DNA of 64,000 bases, taken from contig JAXHNJ010000001.1 in the NCBI GenBank assembly GCA_034520665.1, positions 2,579-66,578 on the forward strand, given 5' to 3'. Below are positions 1 through 9,818 of the stretch, piece by piece. How positions within the stretch are numbered: position 1 is the stretch's first letter; each line of letters begins with the position of its first letter. Position numbers and translations under genes: made by a program. The notes under the pieces are model-generated. The model was not told the origin of the DNA. It saw only the letters and a list, made by a program, of their open reading frames with translations, and did not search any database. Source of the DNA: Patescibacteria group bacterium (GTDB lineage: Bacteria > Patescibacteriota > Patescibacteriia > JAXHNJ01).

Positions 1-2
1 AA

Positions 3-1577
3 GGCGATAAAGTTCTATTATCAAACGCTGAAAACAAATCAATTGTTAGGTTGTTTGAAGCTAACATTGACCACGGCAACCCTGAAGGTAAAGACCCTTG
101 GTCAGCTTACCCAACCTTTTACAAGAAGAGGGGTAAAAAATACGGTAAAATAGTTGATGAGTTAACAGGAATTAAGACAGATATAATTGATGTTGTTAAT
201 AAAGATTTAAAAACAATCTATAAAAATATAGAAAACGGTTTAACTCCAGATACAAAATGTTTTGTTATTAGTCAGGTTATTCGTGATACAGGTATTGAAT
301 TGCCAGTAAAAGATATTATTGAATTTGTGAGAAAGAAAAAACAAGAACTTAATCCTAAAGACCCAGATATTTTTGTAATGATTGATGGGGCACAGGCATT
401 AGGCAATGTTTCAGAAGTAAAGTTTGATGACATAGGTTGCGACGCATATTTTGGCACTCCTCATAAAACAATGGCCAGCACCCCATTAGGATTAGGATAT
501 TTTAATCCTGATAGCCCTAAAGTTAAAAAGAATTTGTTCAAATTAAATAAATTACACTGGCAGGATGAGCAGGTTATTTTGAAGTACATGTTTGATGATA
601 AACTAGAGATACATCCGAATACAGATATTGAAGATGAGATTGATTGTGTTGACGCTTTTGGCTTTAATAATGCTATCCAGACTTTAGAGGAGAAAGGCTA
701 CGAAAATGGAAATTTTGAAAAGGTAACACAAGAACGCCAAGAACTTAAAGATTATTTTAGAGATAAAATTCATCAAATTGCTGAACAGGAAGGTTTAACT
801 TTGTACGAAGTTGAAGGAGGAACATCATTTATTTATTCTTTTAGTGTTTCAGGAGTTGATAATAAAGAGTTTGCACAAAAGTTAGCTGATAAAGGCATTT
901 ACCTGTCTTATATAGACCGAACAAAAATTCAGAAAAAAGATTTGCAATGGCACGGAAACGGGGTAATCAGAGCTTCATTTAGTATTGATAACAAAAAAGA
1001 AGAAATTGATAATTATTTGCCTAAAATTCAAGAGGCATTACAAGAAGTTGTCCAGACTGAGTTTACGACTTTTGAAGAAAAGGCAGAGCAAGAAGTATTA
1101 TTCAAAAAACCAGAAAATGTTTATGCTATGTTTGAATGGTTGAAAGAGAAGACCAAATCGCCAATTGTCAAAATTGCCACAACCGCTGCAATGATATTGA
1201 CTATTTTAATTAGTTCAGAGTTATTAAAACAAAAAGAAGGTAAAGAAATAATAGCTGATAAAAGCTTCCTTAAATCAAAAACCGAACAATTTGAAAAATA
1301 TCAAAAAATATATCATCACTATAGAGGGCTATTTGAACGAGACGGTTTTCAGCATCAGGTTGTTCAGCAAATGGGAATGTCGGAGTTAGAGATGGATAAA
1401 TATAAATTACTTGTTAATTTAACTGACGAAGATGAATTAAATAAATTATTAAAGGACGACATTGATATTCAATTAGCTTCAAGTTTTGGATACAACGAAG
1501 TAGAAAAAGACCAAATGGAAAAAGTATATCAGCAGACAAAAAATAAAAAGTTAGAAAAGTTAATTCAGTTGATCTAG
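3..1577 (+). CDS. 5'-truncated mirror copy (PLP domain and C-terminus) of the 1273-aa radical-SAM/PLP fusion
   Basis: Translation is identical to the C-terminal part of ORF 23011-26832, and the frame is open from the window edge. Confidence 0.9.
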   Translation, partial: GDKVLLSNAENKSIVRLFEANIDHGNPEGKDPWSAYPTFYKKRGKKYGKIVDELTGIKTDIIDVVNKDLKTIYKNIENGLTPDTKCFVISQVIRDTGIELPVKDIIEFVRKKKQELNPKDPDIFVMIDGAQALGNVSEVKFDDIGCDAYFGTPHKTMASTPLGLGYFNPDSPKVKKNLFKLNKLHWQDEQVILKYMFDDKLEIHPNTDIEDEIDCVDAFGFNNAIQTLEEKGYENGNFEKVTQERQELKDYFRDKIHQIAEQEGLTLYEVEGGTSFIYSFSVSGVDNKEFAQKLADKGIYLSYIDRTKIQKKDLQWHGNGVIRASFSIDNKKEEIDNYLPKIQEALQEVVQTEFTTFEEKAEQEVLFKKPENVYAMFEWLKEKTKSPIVKIATTAAMILTILISSELLKQKEGKEIIADKSFLKSKTEQFEKYQKIYHHYRGLFERDGFQHQVVQQMGMSELEMDKYKLLVNLTDEDELNKLLKDDIDIQLASSFGYNEVEKDQMEKVYQQTKNKKLEKLIQLI

Positions 1578-2032
1578 GAAAAAATAAAGTCGTTTCCGCA
1601 TCCCGCTCAAGCAGGATTACAAATCAAGAAATGGTCAAGAAAGAAGAAAGAAAATTTAATCAAAGGTAAAAAAACTTAATACCTTTTTAAAACACAATTA
1701 TTTATCGAGGGTAACCCCGAGTGGCTTAAATAATACAAACAAACAGCGGTTTTAACGGATTCGTCGTTGTTTTTTTATTTTATTAAGGTAATTTTTTTTA
1801 TCTTTATAGTTTAATCTACTTTTTAAATTCGCTAGCCGTTCACGCTTTTCGTCTAGACTACCCTCTTTTAAGAGATATTTTGCGTATTTTGCGAATATTC
1901 ACTTCAACTTCTCCGAGCCATTTCTTTGTTTTTAAACCCCAATCTACGTACCTCAAAACACTAACTTGAAAAATCCCCTAAAAAAACCTATAATTAGAGT
2001 ATAATTTAAATAATAAACGGAGGAAAAAATAT

Positions 2033-2533
2033 ATGGCTGAAGAAAAAAAAGAAATCCCTGATCGGGGTAAAACCTTACTTTCATGGGATTTTTCAGAATA
2101 TGACATACCTAATCGGGGAAAATTATGGTATGTTTCTACTTTATTAATATCGGCGGCTATTTTAGTGTGGTCAATCTTTACCGGTAATTATCTCTTTACC
2201 CTGGTTATTATTCTGGTGGGTATTATTTTTGTTTTCCAAAACCGTAAAAAACCAAAAATTCTTGAGTGCCGCATTAAAGAAGATGGTATAGAAACTGGCA
2301 CTAGCTTCTATGACTACAATGATATTAAAAAATTCTGGATTGTTTACCGCCCTCCTGAAACAAAAGTGCTTTATATCGATTTTAAAAGCTCACTTAAACC
2401 AACCCTGCCTATTTCTCTGGAAAAACAAAACCCACTTGAAGTCAGAAAAGTGTTAAAAAAATATATTGAAGAAGATTTAGAAAAGGAAGAAGAGCCAGCT
2501 TCAGATCAAATTAGCCGTTCACTTAAGATTTAG
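2033..2533 (+). CDS. Hypothetical 2-TM membrane protein
   Basis: 166-aa ORF with a GGAGG upstream and two adjacent hydrophobic helices. Confidence 0.8.
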   Translation: MAEEKKEIPDRGKTLLSWDFSEYDIPNRGKLWYVSTLLISAAILVWSIFTGNYLFTLVIILVGIIFVFQNRKKPKILECRIKEDGIETGTSFYDYNDIKKFWIVYRPPETKVLYIDFKSSLKPTLPISLEKQNPLEVRKVLKKYIEEDLEKEEEPASDQISRSLKI

Positions 2534-2559
2534 ATTAATTATAAGATATCTTTACTTTT

Positions 2560-2631
2560 GCCCTCGTCGTTCAACGGATAGGACGTAGGATTGCGGATCC
2601 TAAAATAGAGGTTCAATTCCTCTCGAGGGCA
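2560..2631 (+). tRNA. tRNA-Arg(GCG), CCA not encoded
   Basis: Acceptor stem GCCCTCG/CGAGGGC, anticodon arm TAGGA-TTGCGGA-TCCTA, T arm AGAGG-TTCAATT-CCTCT. Confidence 0.93.
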
Positions 2632-2682
2632 TGGGTAAGGATAATTTTTTATTTTTAAAATTAATTATGCTATCATATAAAC

Positions 2683-3504
2683 ATGGATAATTTTTATAAA
2701 GAGCCAAAAATATTTTCTGAAAATCAACAAGGTTTTAAAACTGGTTTTATTGCCGCCATTGTTATAATTATTTCTTTATTAATAATTTTCGCTGGTTTAA
2801 CTAAAGCTGCTATTATAGATAATTTTCTTAATATACCTTTATTAGAACCAAATTCATCTAGTATCGATACCAGAAAATCTGACTCTTTAAATACTAATAC
2901 AAGGGGTTATCCAGTTATAACTTCTTATAGTATTGAAGATATTGGCTCTCCTGTAGAAAAACCAGTAATTTATCTTTACCCAGAAAAAGAAACTCAAATA
3001 GAAATAAATATAGATTTCCCCGGAAAAATATTCGCATCAAATCCCGAATATCAAAATGGCTGGCATGTGATAGCAAAACCTAGTGGGGAAATATTAAATC
3101 TAATAAATAATAAAAAATACAACTATCTTTTCTGGGAAGGACAATACCAGAACAAGATCGCCTACGATCTTTCACAAGGCTTTATTGTAAAAGGAAAAAA
3201 TACAAAATTATTCTTCCAAAAAAGTTTAAAAGATATGGGCCTTATTGACCAAGAAATAAAAGAATTTATCGAATATTGGCTACCACGTATGCAAAACAAT
3301 AAATTTAACCTTATTCATTTTGCTACGGCAGAAGAATATCATAATCGAGTTAAATTAAATATTTTACCAAAACCGGATTCAGTACAAAGAATTATTATGG
3401 TTTACAAAGCCTTAGAAGACCCAATAAAAATTACACCTCAATTAATAAAAAACTTCGAAAGAATAGGATTTACTGTAATCGAATGGGGTGGCATCGAATT
3501 ATAA
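2683..3504 (+). CDS. Membrane-anchored hypothetical protein (KPVIYLYP...EWGG family)
   Basis: 273-aa ORF with an N-terminal TM helix and KPVIYLYP, YLFWEG and EWGG motifs. Confidence 0.8.
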   Translation: MDNFYKEPKIFSENQQGFKTGFIAAIVIIISLLIIFAGLTKAAIIDNFLNIPLLEPNSSSIDTRKSDSLNTNTRGYPVITSYSIEDIGSPVEKPVIYLYPEKETQIEINIDFPGKIFASNPEYQNGWHVIAKPSGEILNLINNKKYNYLFWEGQYQNKIAYDLSQGFIVKGKNTKLFFQKSLKDMGLIDQEIKEFIEYWLPRMQNNKFNLIHFATAEEYHNRVKLNILPKPDSVQRIIMVYKALEDPIKITPQLIKNFERIGFTVIEWGGIEL

Positions 3505-3557
3505 AGTAACTCTTAAAAATACTGTTGATAATTTTAGTATTTTTATTGAATAGATCT

Positions 3558-5630
3558 ATGATCAAAGCTAATTCTGATTTTACAGAAATTCCTACTGTCG
3601 GACCAACCACAGCCCGACGGCTAAAAAGTCTTGGCTTAAATAAAGTACAAGACCTTCTTTTTTATTTTCCTAATAGATACCAGGATTTTTCCGAAATAAC
3701 CCCTATCAAAGACATTAAGCCGGAAGAAGTTTATACTATCAGAGGTACCTTACAACTTATAAAAAGCCGGCGCAGCTGGAAAAAGCGTCGTCTGACTATT
3801 ACTGAAGCTATGGTTAAAGATAAGACTGCTTCTATTAAAATAATTTGGTTTAATCAGCCTTATCTAAAGAAAATACTTAATCCCGGAGATGAAATTATTC
3901 TTTCGGGTAAGGTTAAAATGCAGGAATTAACTTTGGAATTCTTAGCTCCTTCTTTTGAAAAAGTAAAAAAAGAACAAACCCACACCGGCCGTATAGTACC
4001 GGTTTATCCCTTAACTAGCGGACTTTCTCAAAGACAAATAAGATTTTTTATAAAAACTGCACTAACTTTGCGTAAAAAAATTAAAGAAACCCTGCCTGAA
4101 AGAATTACCAAAAAATACCAGCTAATGCCTTTGCCAGAAGCTATAAAACAAATTCATTTTCCTGATTCTTTTGAAAAGTTAGAAAAGGCTTCAAAGAGAC
4201 TTAAATTTGGCGAGCTTTTTTATATTCAGATACAATCACTGCAAAATAAAAGATTTATTAAACAAACTCGTGCTCCGGTTATAAATTATAAAGATAAATA
4301 TATTGATGATTTTAAAAATAACCTGCCTTTTAAACTAACCAAGGCTCAGGAAAAAGCAAGTCAGGAAATTATTAAAGATCTTAAAAAAGGTAACCCCATG
4401 AACAGGCTTTTAGAAGGAGACGTAGGCTCTGGAAAAACAGTAGTGGCCCTAATGGCTGCTTTTCTAGCCATTAAAAATGGCTTTCAAGTGGCTTTTATGG
4501 CTCCGACAGAAATACTGGCCCGGCAGCATTATTTAAAAATAAAAAATATATTAAAAACTTTTAACTTCTCTCTGGGGCTTTTAACCAGTAAACTGATAAA
4601 AATTAACGATGAGGAATTATCAAAAAAGAAAGCCAGTACTATAATAAAAAAAGGTGGCGTGAATATAGTTATTGGCACTCATTCTATAATCCAGGAAAAA
4701 ATTAGTTTTCACAATTTAGCTTTTGTGGTGGTTGATGAACAGCACCGTTTCGGAGTTGAGCAAAGAAAAGCCCTAAGAGACAAATCCTCAAAAAAACATG
4801 ATTTAGCGCCACATTTACTCTCAATGACCGCCACCCCCATTCCTCGCTCGCTGGCTCTAACTGTCTACGCTGACCTTGACCTTTCTATAATTGACCAAAT
4901 GCCTCAGGGCCGTAAAAAAATAAAAACTGAAGTGATTGAACCGGAAAAAAGAAAAAAAACTTACAAGTTTATTAAAGAAGAAATTAAAAATGGAAACCAG
5001 GTTTTTGTAGTCTGTCCTTTAATCGAACCTTCGGATAAACTAGGTGTAAAATCTGTTAAAGAGGAATATGAGAAAATAGCTAAAGATATTTTTCCAGATT
5101 TTAAAGTGGCCAGGCTCCACGGTAAAATGAAAACCCAAGAAAAAGAAAAAATTATGGATCAAATGAAAAATAAAGCCATAGATATCCTAGTTTCCACCTC
5201 AGTTATTGAAGTCGGCATAGATATTCCTGACGCCACGGTCATGATGATTGAAGGAGCTGAAAGATTTGGTTTGGCTCAACTGCATCAGTTTCGGGGGCGA
5301 GTGGGGCGCAGTGAAAAACAATCTTTTTGCTTTGTTTTTACAGAAAGTGAATCACCCAAAAATCTAAAAAGACTGGAGGCTTTAGAAAAATCTCAAGATG
5401 GTTTTAAATTAGCTGAATATGACTTAAAAATGCGCGGTCCCGGTGTGTTAACCGGTGCCCAACAATCTGGTTTGCCCGATTTCAAAATGGCCACTTTGGC
5501 AGACGTAGATATTATTAAAATGGCACGTGAAGCAGCCCAAGATTTAACTAAAAAAGATCCGGCCTTGAAAAAATATTATAAAATTAAGCAAAAGGCCGAG
5601 AATTTATATAAAGACACACATTGGGAATAA
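3558..5630 (+). CDS. recG: ATP-dependent DNA helicase RecG
   Basis: MNRLLEGDVGSGKT, DEQH, MTATPIPRSL and QLHQFRGRVGR motifs. ATG 3558 preferred over TTG 3525. Confidence 0.96.
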   Translation: MIKANSDFTEIPTVGPTTARRLKSLGLNKVQDLLFYFPNRYQDFSEITPIKDIKPEEVYTIRGTLQLIKSRRSWKKRRLTITEAMVKDKTASIKIIWFNQPYLKKILNPGDEIILSGKVKMQELTLEFLAPSFEKVKKEQTHTGRIVPVYPLTSGLSQRQIRFFIKTALTLRKKIKETLPERITKKYQLMPLPEAIKQIHFPDSFEKLEKASKRLKFGELFYIQIQSLQNKRFIKQTRAPVINYKDKYIDDFKNNLPFKLTKAQEKASQEIIKDLKKGNPMNRLLEGDVGSGKTVVALMAAFLAIKNGFQVAFMAPTEILARQHYLKIKNILKTFNFSLGLLTSKLIKINDEELSKKKASTIIKKGGVNIVIGTHSIIQEKISFHNLAFVVVDEQHRFGVEQRKALRDKSSKKHDLAPHLLSMTATPIPRSLALTVYADLDLSIIDQMPQGRKKIKTEVIEPEKRKKTYKFIKEEIKNGNQVFVVCPLIEPSDKLGVKSVKEEYEKIAKDIFPDFKVARLHGKMKTQEKEKIMDQMKNKAIDILVSTSVIEVGIDIPDATVMMIEGAERFGLAQLHQFRGRVGRSEKQSFCFVFTESESPKNLKRLEALEKSQDGFKLAEYDLKMRGPGVLTGAQQSGLPDFKMATLADVDIIKMAREAAQDLTKKDPALKKYYKIKQKAENLYKDTHWE

Positions 5631-5639
5631 GCCAAGCTC

Positions 5640-5668
5640 TTGACAAATATTAAAATTTTAGATAGTAT
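5640..5668 (+). promoter_or_regulatory. Sigma70-type promoter
   Basis: TTGACA-17 bp-TAGTAT. Confidence 0.7.
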
Positions 5669-5697
5669 TTATTATTATAGGCACTTTAAGTACACAC

Positions 5698-5796
5698 GAG
5701 GGAGCGCTTCCGCTCATAAATAACTAAAGTCTTAAACAGGTAAAGATTGATCCTCTCGCCTGTTTAAAAGACTATTTATAAAAAAAGTGCTCCCTC
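5698..5796 (+). ncRNA. Putative structured RNA/leader (about 100-nt interrupted hairpin)
   Basis: Nested stems GAGGGAGCGCTT/AAGTGCTCCCTC, ATAAATA/TATTTAT, AGTCTT/AAGACT and AAACAGG/CCTGTTT. It lies behind a promoter and is followed by a T-rich tract. Confidence 0.5.
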
Positions 5797-5923
5797 TTTA
5801 ATTTTTTCAATTAATTAATTATTTCTTGGTCTAGTTGACTTAAAAACAAAAAAAGGAGGTGAATTAATTGAAATATAAAACCATAAATTAGCTAAGTTTG
5901 TCTGTTTAAAGAGAGGATCAAAG

Positions 5924-6199
5924 ATGTGTGTCTACACAAATAATCTCTGTTCTTTACTGGGAGTTAACAACGCCAGTCAGATTATACATCGCAACGGAGA
6001 AAAAACATTATTAGAAGAAATCCGGAAATTTTCAAAAAAGGAAGGATTCAAAAAACATCTTGAAAGAAACAGCAGTGGCTTAATCAACTGGGCCCGGCAA
6101 TGGGCTGAGCATGAAAATCACTCCAAGTTAAGAAATGAGGTTATTAAAATAATTGGGGATGTTAATCCCGAAATTAAAAAACATCTACAGACAAACTAG
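5924..6199 (+). CDS. Small hypothetical protein (91 aa)
   Basis: ORF with a GAGAGGA SD and its own terminator. Confidence 0.6.
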   Translation: MCVYTNNLCSLLGVNNASQIIHRNGEKTLLEEIRKFSKKEGFKKHLERNSSGLINWARQWAEHENHSKLRNEVIKIIGDVNPEIKKHLQTN

Positions 6200-6209
6200 T
6201 ACTTTCACC

Positions 6210-6242
6210 AGGGTGGTTCAGCCGAACCACCCTTCTTTTTTT
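6210..6242 (+). terminator. Intrinsic terminator
   Basis: AGGGTGGTTC-AGCC-GAACCACCCT followed by TCTTTTTTT. Confidence 0.85.
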
Positions 6243-6305
6243 ATAGATTAAAAAAAATCTTATTTAAAAAAAAGATCTTTTTATATTATTTGGCTTAATT
6301 AATTT

Positions 6306-6926
6306 TTAAAGCAATGAATCAATAATATCTTTGAGTTCCTCCTCTTCAATTAACTCAGTTATTTCATAATTATTTACAAAGAAATGAGGCGTGCCCTGAA
6401 CACCTAAACTTGTTCCTTCCTCTATATCTTTCTGAATTAAAGCTAGGGTTTCATTATTATTAACACATTGAATAAATTCATCAGTGTCCAAATCTAAGCC
6501 AGAAGCTAAGGGTACATATAAGTCATCAGTTAGTTTTTTTTGGTTTTGAAAAAGTAGATCGTGCATCTGCCAAAATTTATCCTGCTTCTGAGCGCAACGG
6601 GCCGCCTTAGCCGCGTTTAAAGATTGATCATGAATTTGATGAAGCGGAAAATCCTTCCAGACAATAGCTATCTCTCCTTCATATTCATCATTTAAATTAC
6701 GAAAAATATCGGCCAACTCTCTGCAATAAGGACACTGAAAATCCCCATATTGAATTATTACCACTTCATTACTTTTTTTCCCTATAATGGGGTTTTCTGA
6801 TTTAATTTTCGGAAAACTTGAACCAGTTTTATCATTAAAAAAAGACAAAACCGAATAAGCAAATAGAATAACTATTAATACAGCTAATACTATTAAAGCA
6901 TTTAGGCCTAGCTTTTTTTTATCCAT
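6306..6926 (-). CDS. dsbA: DsbA-family thiol-disulfide oxidoreductase (intact copy)
   Basis: YGDFQCPYC, GVQGTPHF and an N-terminal TM helix. Confidence 0.9.
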   Translation of the reverse strand: MDKKKLGLNALIVLAVLIVILFAYSVLSFFNDKTGSSFPKIKSENPIIGKKSNEVVIIQYGDFQCPYCRELADIFRNLNDEYEGEIAIVWKDFPLHQIHDQSLNAAKAARCAQKQDKFWQMHDLLFQNQKKLTDDLYVPLASGLDLDTDEFIQCVNNNETLALIQKDIEEGTSLGVQGTPHFFVNNYEITELIEEEELKDIIDSLL

Positions 6927-6929
6927 TTA

Positions 6930-8186
6930 TTATTTCAGTCTTATTTTATAAACTCGTCCTGTATTTTTATCGGTAAAATAAATATATTCTTCATTATTGG
7001 AAAGATAAACATTCTGGGCCGTATAGTTACCAAATCCGGAAGAATTTACCGGTCTAGCTAATAATTCTTTTGAACCTGTTTCCAGATTAATTTTATAAAA
7101 ATCATCAGGTACATTATTAGCTAATTCCGGATAAATGTCACTGCCACTGGGCAGAAATTCAGGTACGGCGCAGTAAATATAATTATTATCGCCAAAAACA
7201 CATTTATCAGGCCAGGTCTGTATGTTTAAATCAACTTGACTGGCTCCTATATTTTCCATAGTGCCGTCCATTATATGAAGACTGGGGTTATAATTTGATT
7301 CTTTGTCAAAAACACTGTATAAAATAGTATTGCCTGTCGGTGACCATTTTGATTTAAAACCCCTTCCGGATACATCAACAGAGGGGAAATTTTCATTATT
7401 AGCCCCTAAAAAAATTATTTCCTGCTCTTCAGTACTGGTTGATTTGTTATAAGTAGCAATAACCTGATTATTAGGAGCCCAATTTACAGTTACTTGATTA
7501 GCATATTGCCCCAAGTCTTCCACCAATCTGGCTGAAGTGCCTTCAGGGTCAGAAACAGCTAAATAATTATCTCCTTCCTGCTCGCCCTGATACTTATAAG
7601 CTAATTTACCTGATGACGGAGAAAAAGAAAATTCATATGTTTCTTTAGGTAAACTGTACTGCTTTTTTAGGTTAAAATCGTAAGTTATTTTGGATCGGTC
7701 AGGAAAAGTAATAACAGCTTTATCACGTGAAGGAGACCAGTAAATATCTTCGGCTCCGGGATATTTATCGTCAGTTAATTTTGTTTTAGTGGTGCCATCC
7801 GGCGAAGTTTTAATAAATTCTCCAGTTAATTCATCATAATAAATCAAATCCTTTTTATTGGTATCTATTACAGCTGACTTGGTTAAGTCTTCGGTAATCT
7901 TACTAACCTCGGTAATCCCGCCGGAAGCTACCTGGGAGGGCGGTTCGGGCTGAGCTGTACCATTAATATTAGGCAAAGCTTCGTTAACATTTAAATTATC
8001 ATTAATATTGCCTGTGGGGCGATTAACCGCGTTAATATTAGGTAAAATGCCGTTGACATTATAATTATCATTATCATTAGTATCTATTATTGGCGAAAAT
8101 AAGATACGGTAAATTAAATAGCCAAAAAAAACGGCTACGGCTATAAAGCCGATAATGAGTAAAATTCTTTTTAATTTTGGGTTCAT
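6930..8186 (-). CDS. Membrane-anchored TolB-like beta-propeller protein (mirror copy)
   Basis: WSP/FSP/WAP repeats, Asn-rich linker and a TM anchor. Confidence 0.75.
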   Translation of the reverse strand: MNPKLKRILLIIGFIAVAVFFGYLIYRILFSPIIDTNDNDNYNVNGILPNINAVNRPTGNINDNLNVNEALPNINGTAQPEPPSQVASGGITEVSKITEDLTKSAVIDTNKKDLIYYDELTGEFIKTSPDGTTKTKLTDDKYPGAEDIYWSPSRDKAVITFPDRSKITYDFNLKKQYSLPKETYEFSFSPSSGKLAYKYQGEQEGDNYLAVSDPEGTSARLVEDLGQYANQVTVNWAPNNQVIATYNKSTSTEEQEIIFLGANNENFPSVDVSGRGFKSKWSPTGNTILYSVFDKESNYNPSLHIMDGTMENIGASQVDLNIQTWPDKCVFGDNNYIYCAVPEFLPSGSDIYPELANNVPDDFYKINLETGSKELLARPVNSSGFGNYTAQNVYLSNNEEYIYFTDKNTGRVYKIRLK

Positions 8187-8341
8187 ATAATCTATTTATA
8201 AATTAATTAAATTATTTATTAATAGTTAAAATACAGATAAGTTTGGAGCTAAAATTTTATAATTAATAGTAGAGTTTATTAGCTGTATTTAGATATAAAA
8301 AAATATTTCTCTAATAATTTGACGATATAATCAAGTAAATT

Positions 8342-9616
8342 TTAATGAAGATAAGTTTGAGCACAACAAATATGATCAGCTGGACAAAAACATTCATTAT
8401 TATCAATACAAGCAAGATCCTCGCCGCCACCTTGGTATTTCATATCATTAAATTCCGGGCTATTATAGGTGTCACAGTCTACCTCAATTTCATTTTTACT
8501 ATCACATTTCCCAGGATCCCGACAATCAATTTCTGTTTTTAAGGCTTTCATACAACAAATAGTGTCAGCTTCTACGTTAGCCCGGGAATCACTGCTACAA
8601 AAAATTTTGCTAGGAGCTATGAGATATCTTGGTTCATTATTATCAGAGTCCCAACATTGGGTACCGCCACGTTCACAATCTATTCTTATATCAGTAACTT
8701 CTTCACAGACTTTTTCAGTCAACTCATCTTGTAAAAGATTAACTTCAAATATTCCATTACTACTAGTACCACGTATTTTTGCAAAACGGCAGTCCATATT
8801 CCCAAAACCCTTATTAATTCTACGGCAGCTTGATTTTATTTCTGGATTTTTAGCAATAACAGCATCCACTTCTTGGCATTTTTCATCATCAGCTTCATCG
8901 CATAAATCCTTGGGGTCAAAACAATTTAAAGGACAATCCTTTTTAGAAGTAACGTCATTGGCGCAAATTTTTGGTTCTCCGGATTTAGTTTCTACAGTCG
9001 GATCACATTCACTACCACAACAATATGATTCACCATAAGCTGCTTTATCCTGGGCACTTTTAGGAATATCATATCTTGTACCACAAGCAAAATATGGGTA
9101 ACTATCTATTGATTCTTTATCCGGGAAATCTTTGCAATAAAAAGTATCTAAAACATTTTTTGATATATTAGACAAGGGCAAAAGTTTAAAGCGGACCAAG
9201 GCTGGGTTAATAGTATTAAGTAAAACAAAAGCCCCTAAGGTTAAAACCAGACCCATTAAAGCGCCGTTTAAAGTGGCTTTGGCTTTTTCTATTTTGGTGG
9301 CATTGCCGCTGGCAGTAATCCACTGGAAACCAGCAAAGACAATCATGACAGCGGCAAAGATACCGGCCGCTCGAGCAAACCATTGGTAAAACTGTATAAT
9401 ATAATCGCCAAAGTTATTGACACAATAATCACAGGTAGAGGTATTACAATCGGGATCACATTTTTTGGTTAAGCCGGGAATTTGTAAATTTACTTTAATC
9501 TGTTTTTCACCCACTTCTGTATCACTTCCTTCTTCCTGAGCTAAAACTTGCCCTGAATAAAATAACAAAACGGAAAAAATTGATAGGATTAAGATTATTT
9601 TAGCTATTTTTTTCAT
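8342..9616 (-). CDS. VirB2/TrbC-like pilin with Cys-rich C-terminus, paralog B (mirror copy)
   Basis: Identical to ORF 14974-16248. Confidence 0.75.
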   Translation of the reverse strand: MKKIAKIILILSIFSVLLFYSGQVLAQEEGSDTEVGEKQIKVNLQIPGLTKKCDPDCNTSTCDYCVNNFGDYIIQFYQWFARAAGIFAAVMIVFAGFQWITASGNATKIEKAKATLNGALMGLVLTLGAFVLLNTINPALVRFKLLPLSNISKNVLDTFYCKDFPDKESIDSYPYFACGTRYDIPKSAQDKAAYGESYCCGSECDPTVETKSGEPKICANDVTSKKDCPLNCFDPKDLCDEADDEKCQEVDAVIAKNPEIKSSCRRINKGFGNMDCRFAKIRGTSSNGIFEVNLLQDELTEKVCEEVTDIRIDCERGGTQCWDSDNNEPRYLIAPSKIFCSSDSRANVEADTICCMKALKTEIDCRDPGKCDSKNEIEVDCDTYNSPEFNDMKYQGGGEDLACIDNNECFCPADHICCAQTYLH

Positions 9617-9818
9617 CTTATTATTTAATTAGGAAAAATATTATTTTCATTTTTAACATATAAGTTAACATCCATACAGCAATGTCCATTAGGCACAATA
9701 CTGCAATCAGTAGCACTGGCAGATGCACTTGATCCACAAGGATTTTCTCCACATAAAGCCGATAATGAGTAAAATTCTTTTTAATTTTGGGTTCATATTA
9801 ATAATATTTACTTATATT

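Noticed and set aside
1578-2032. 455-bp intergenic region (mirror 22556-23010) as ncRNA or island boundary
   Set aside because: Only weak hairpins and a short start-less frame; no tRNA-end duplication (att) found.
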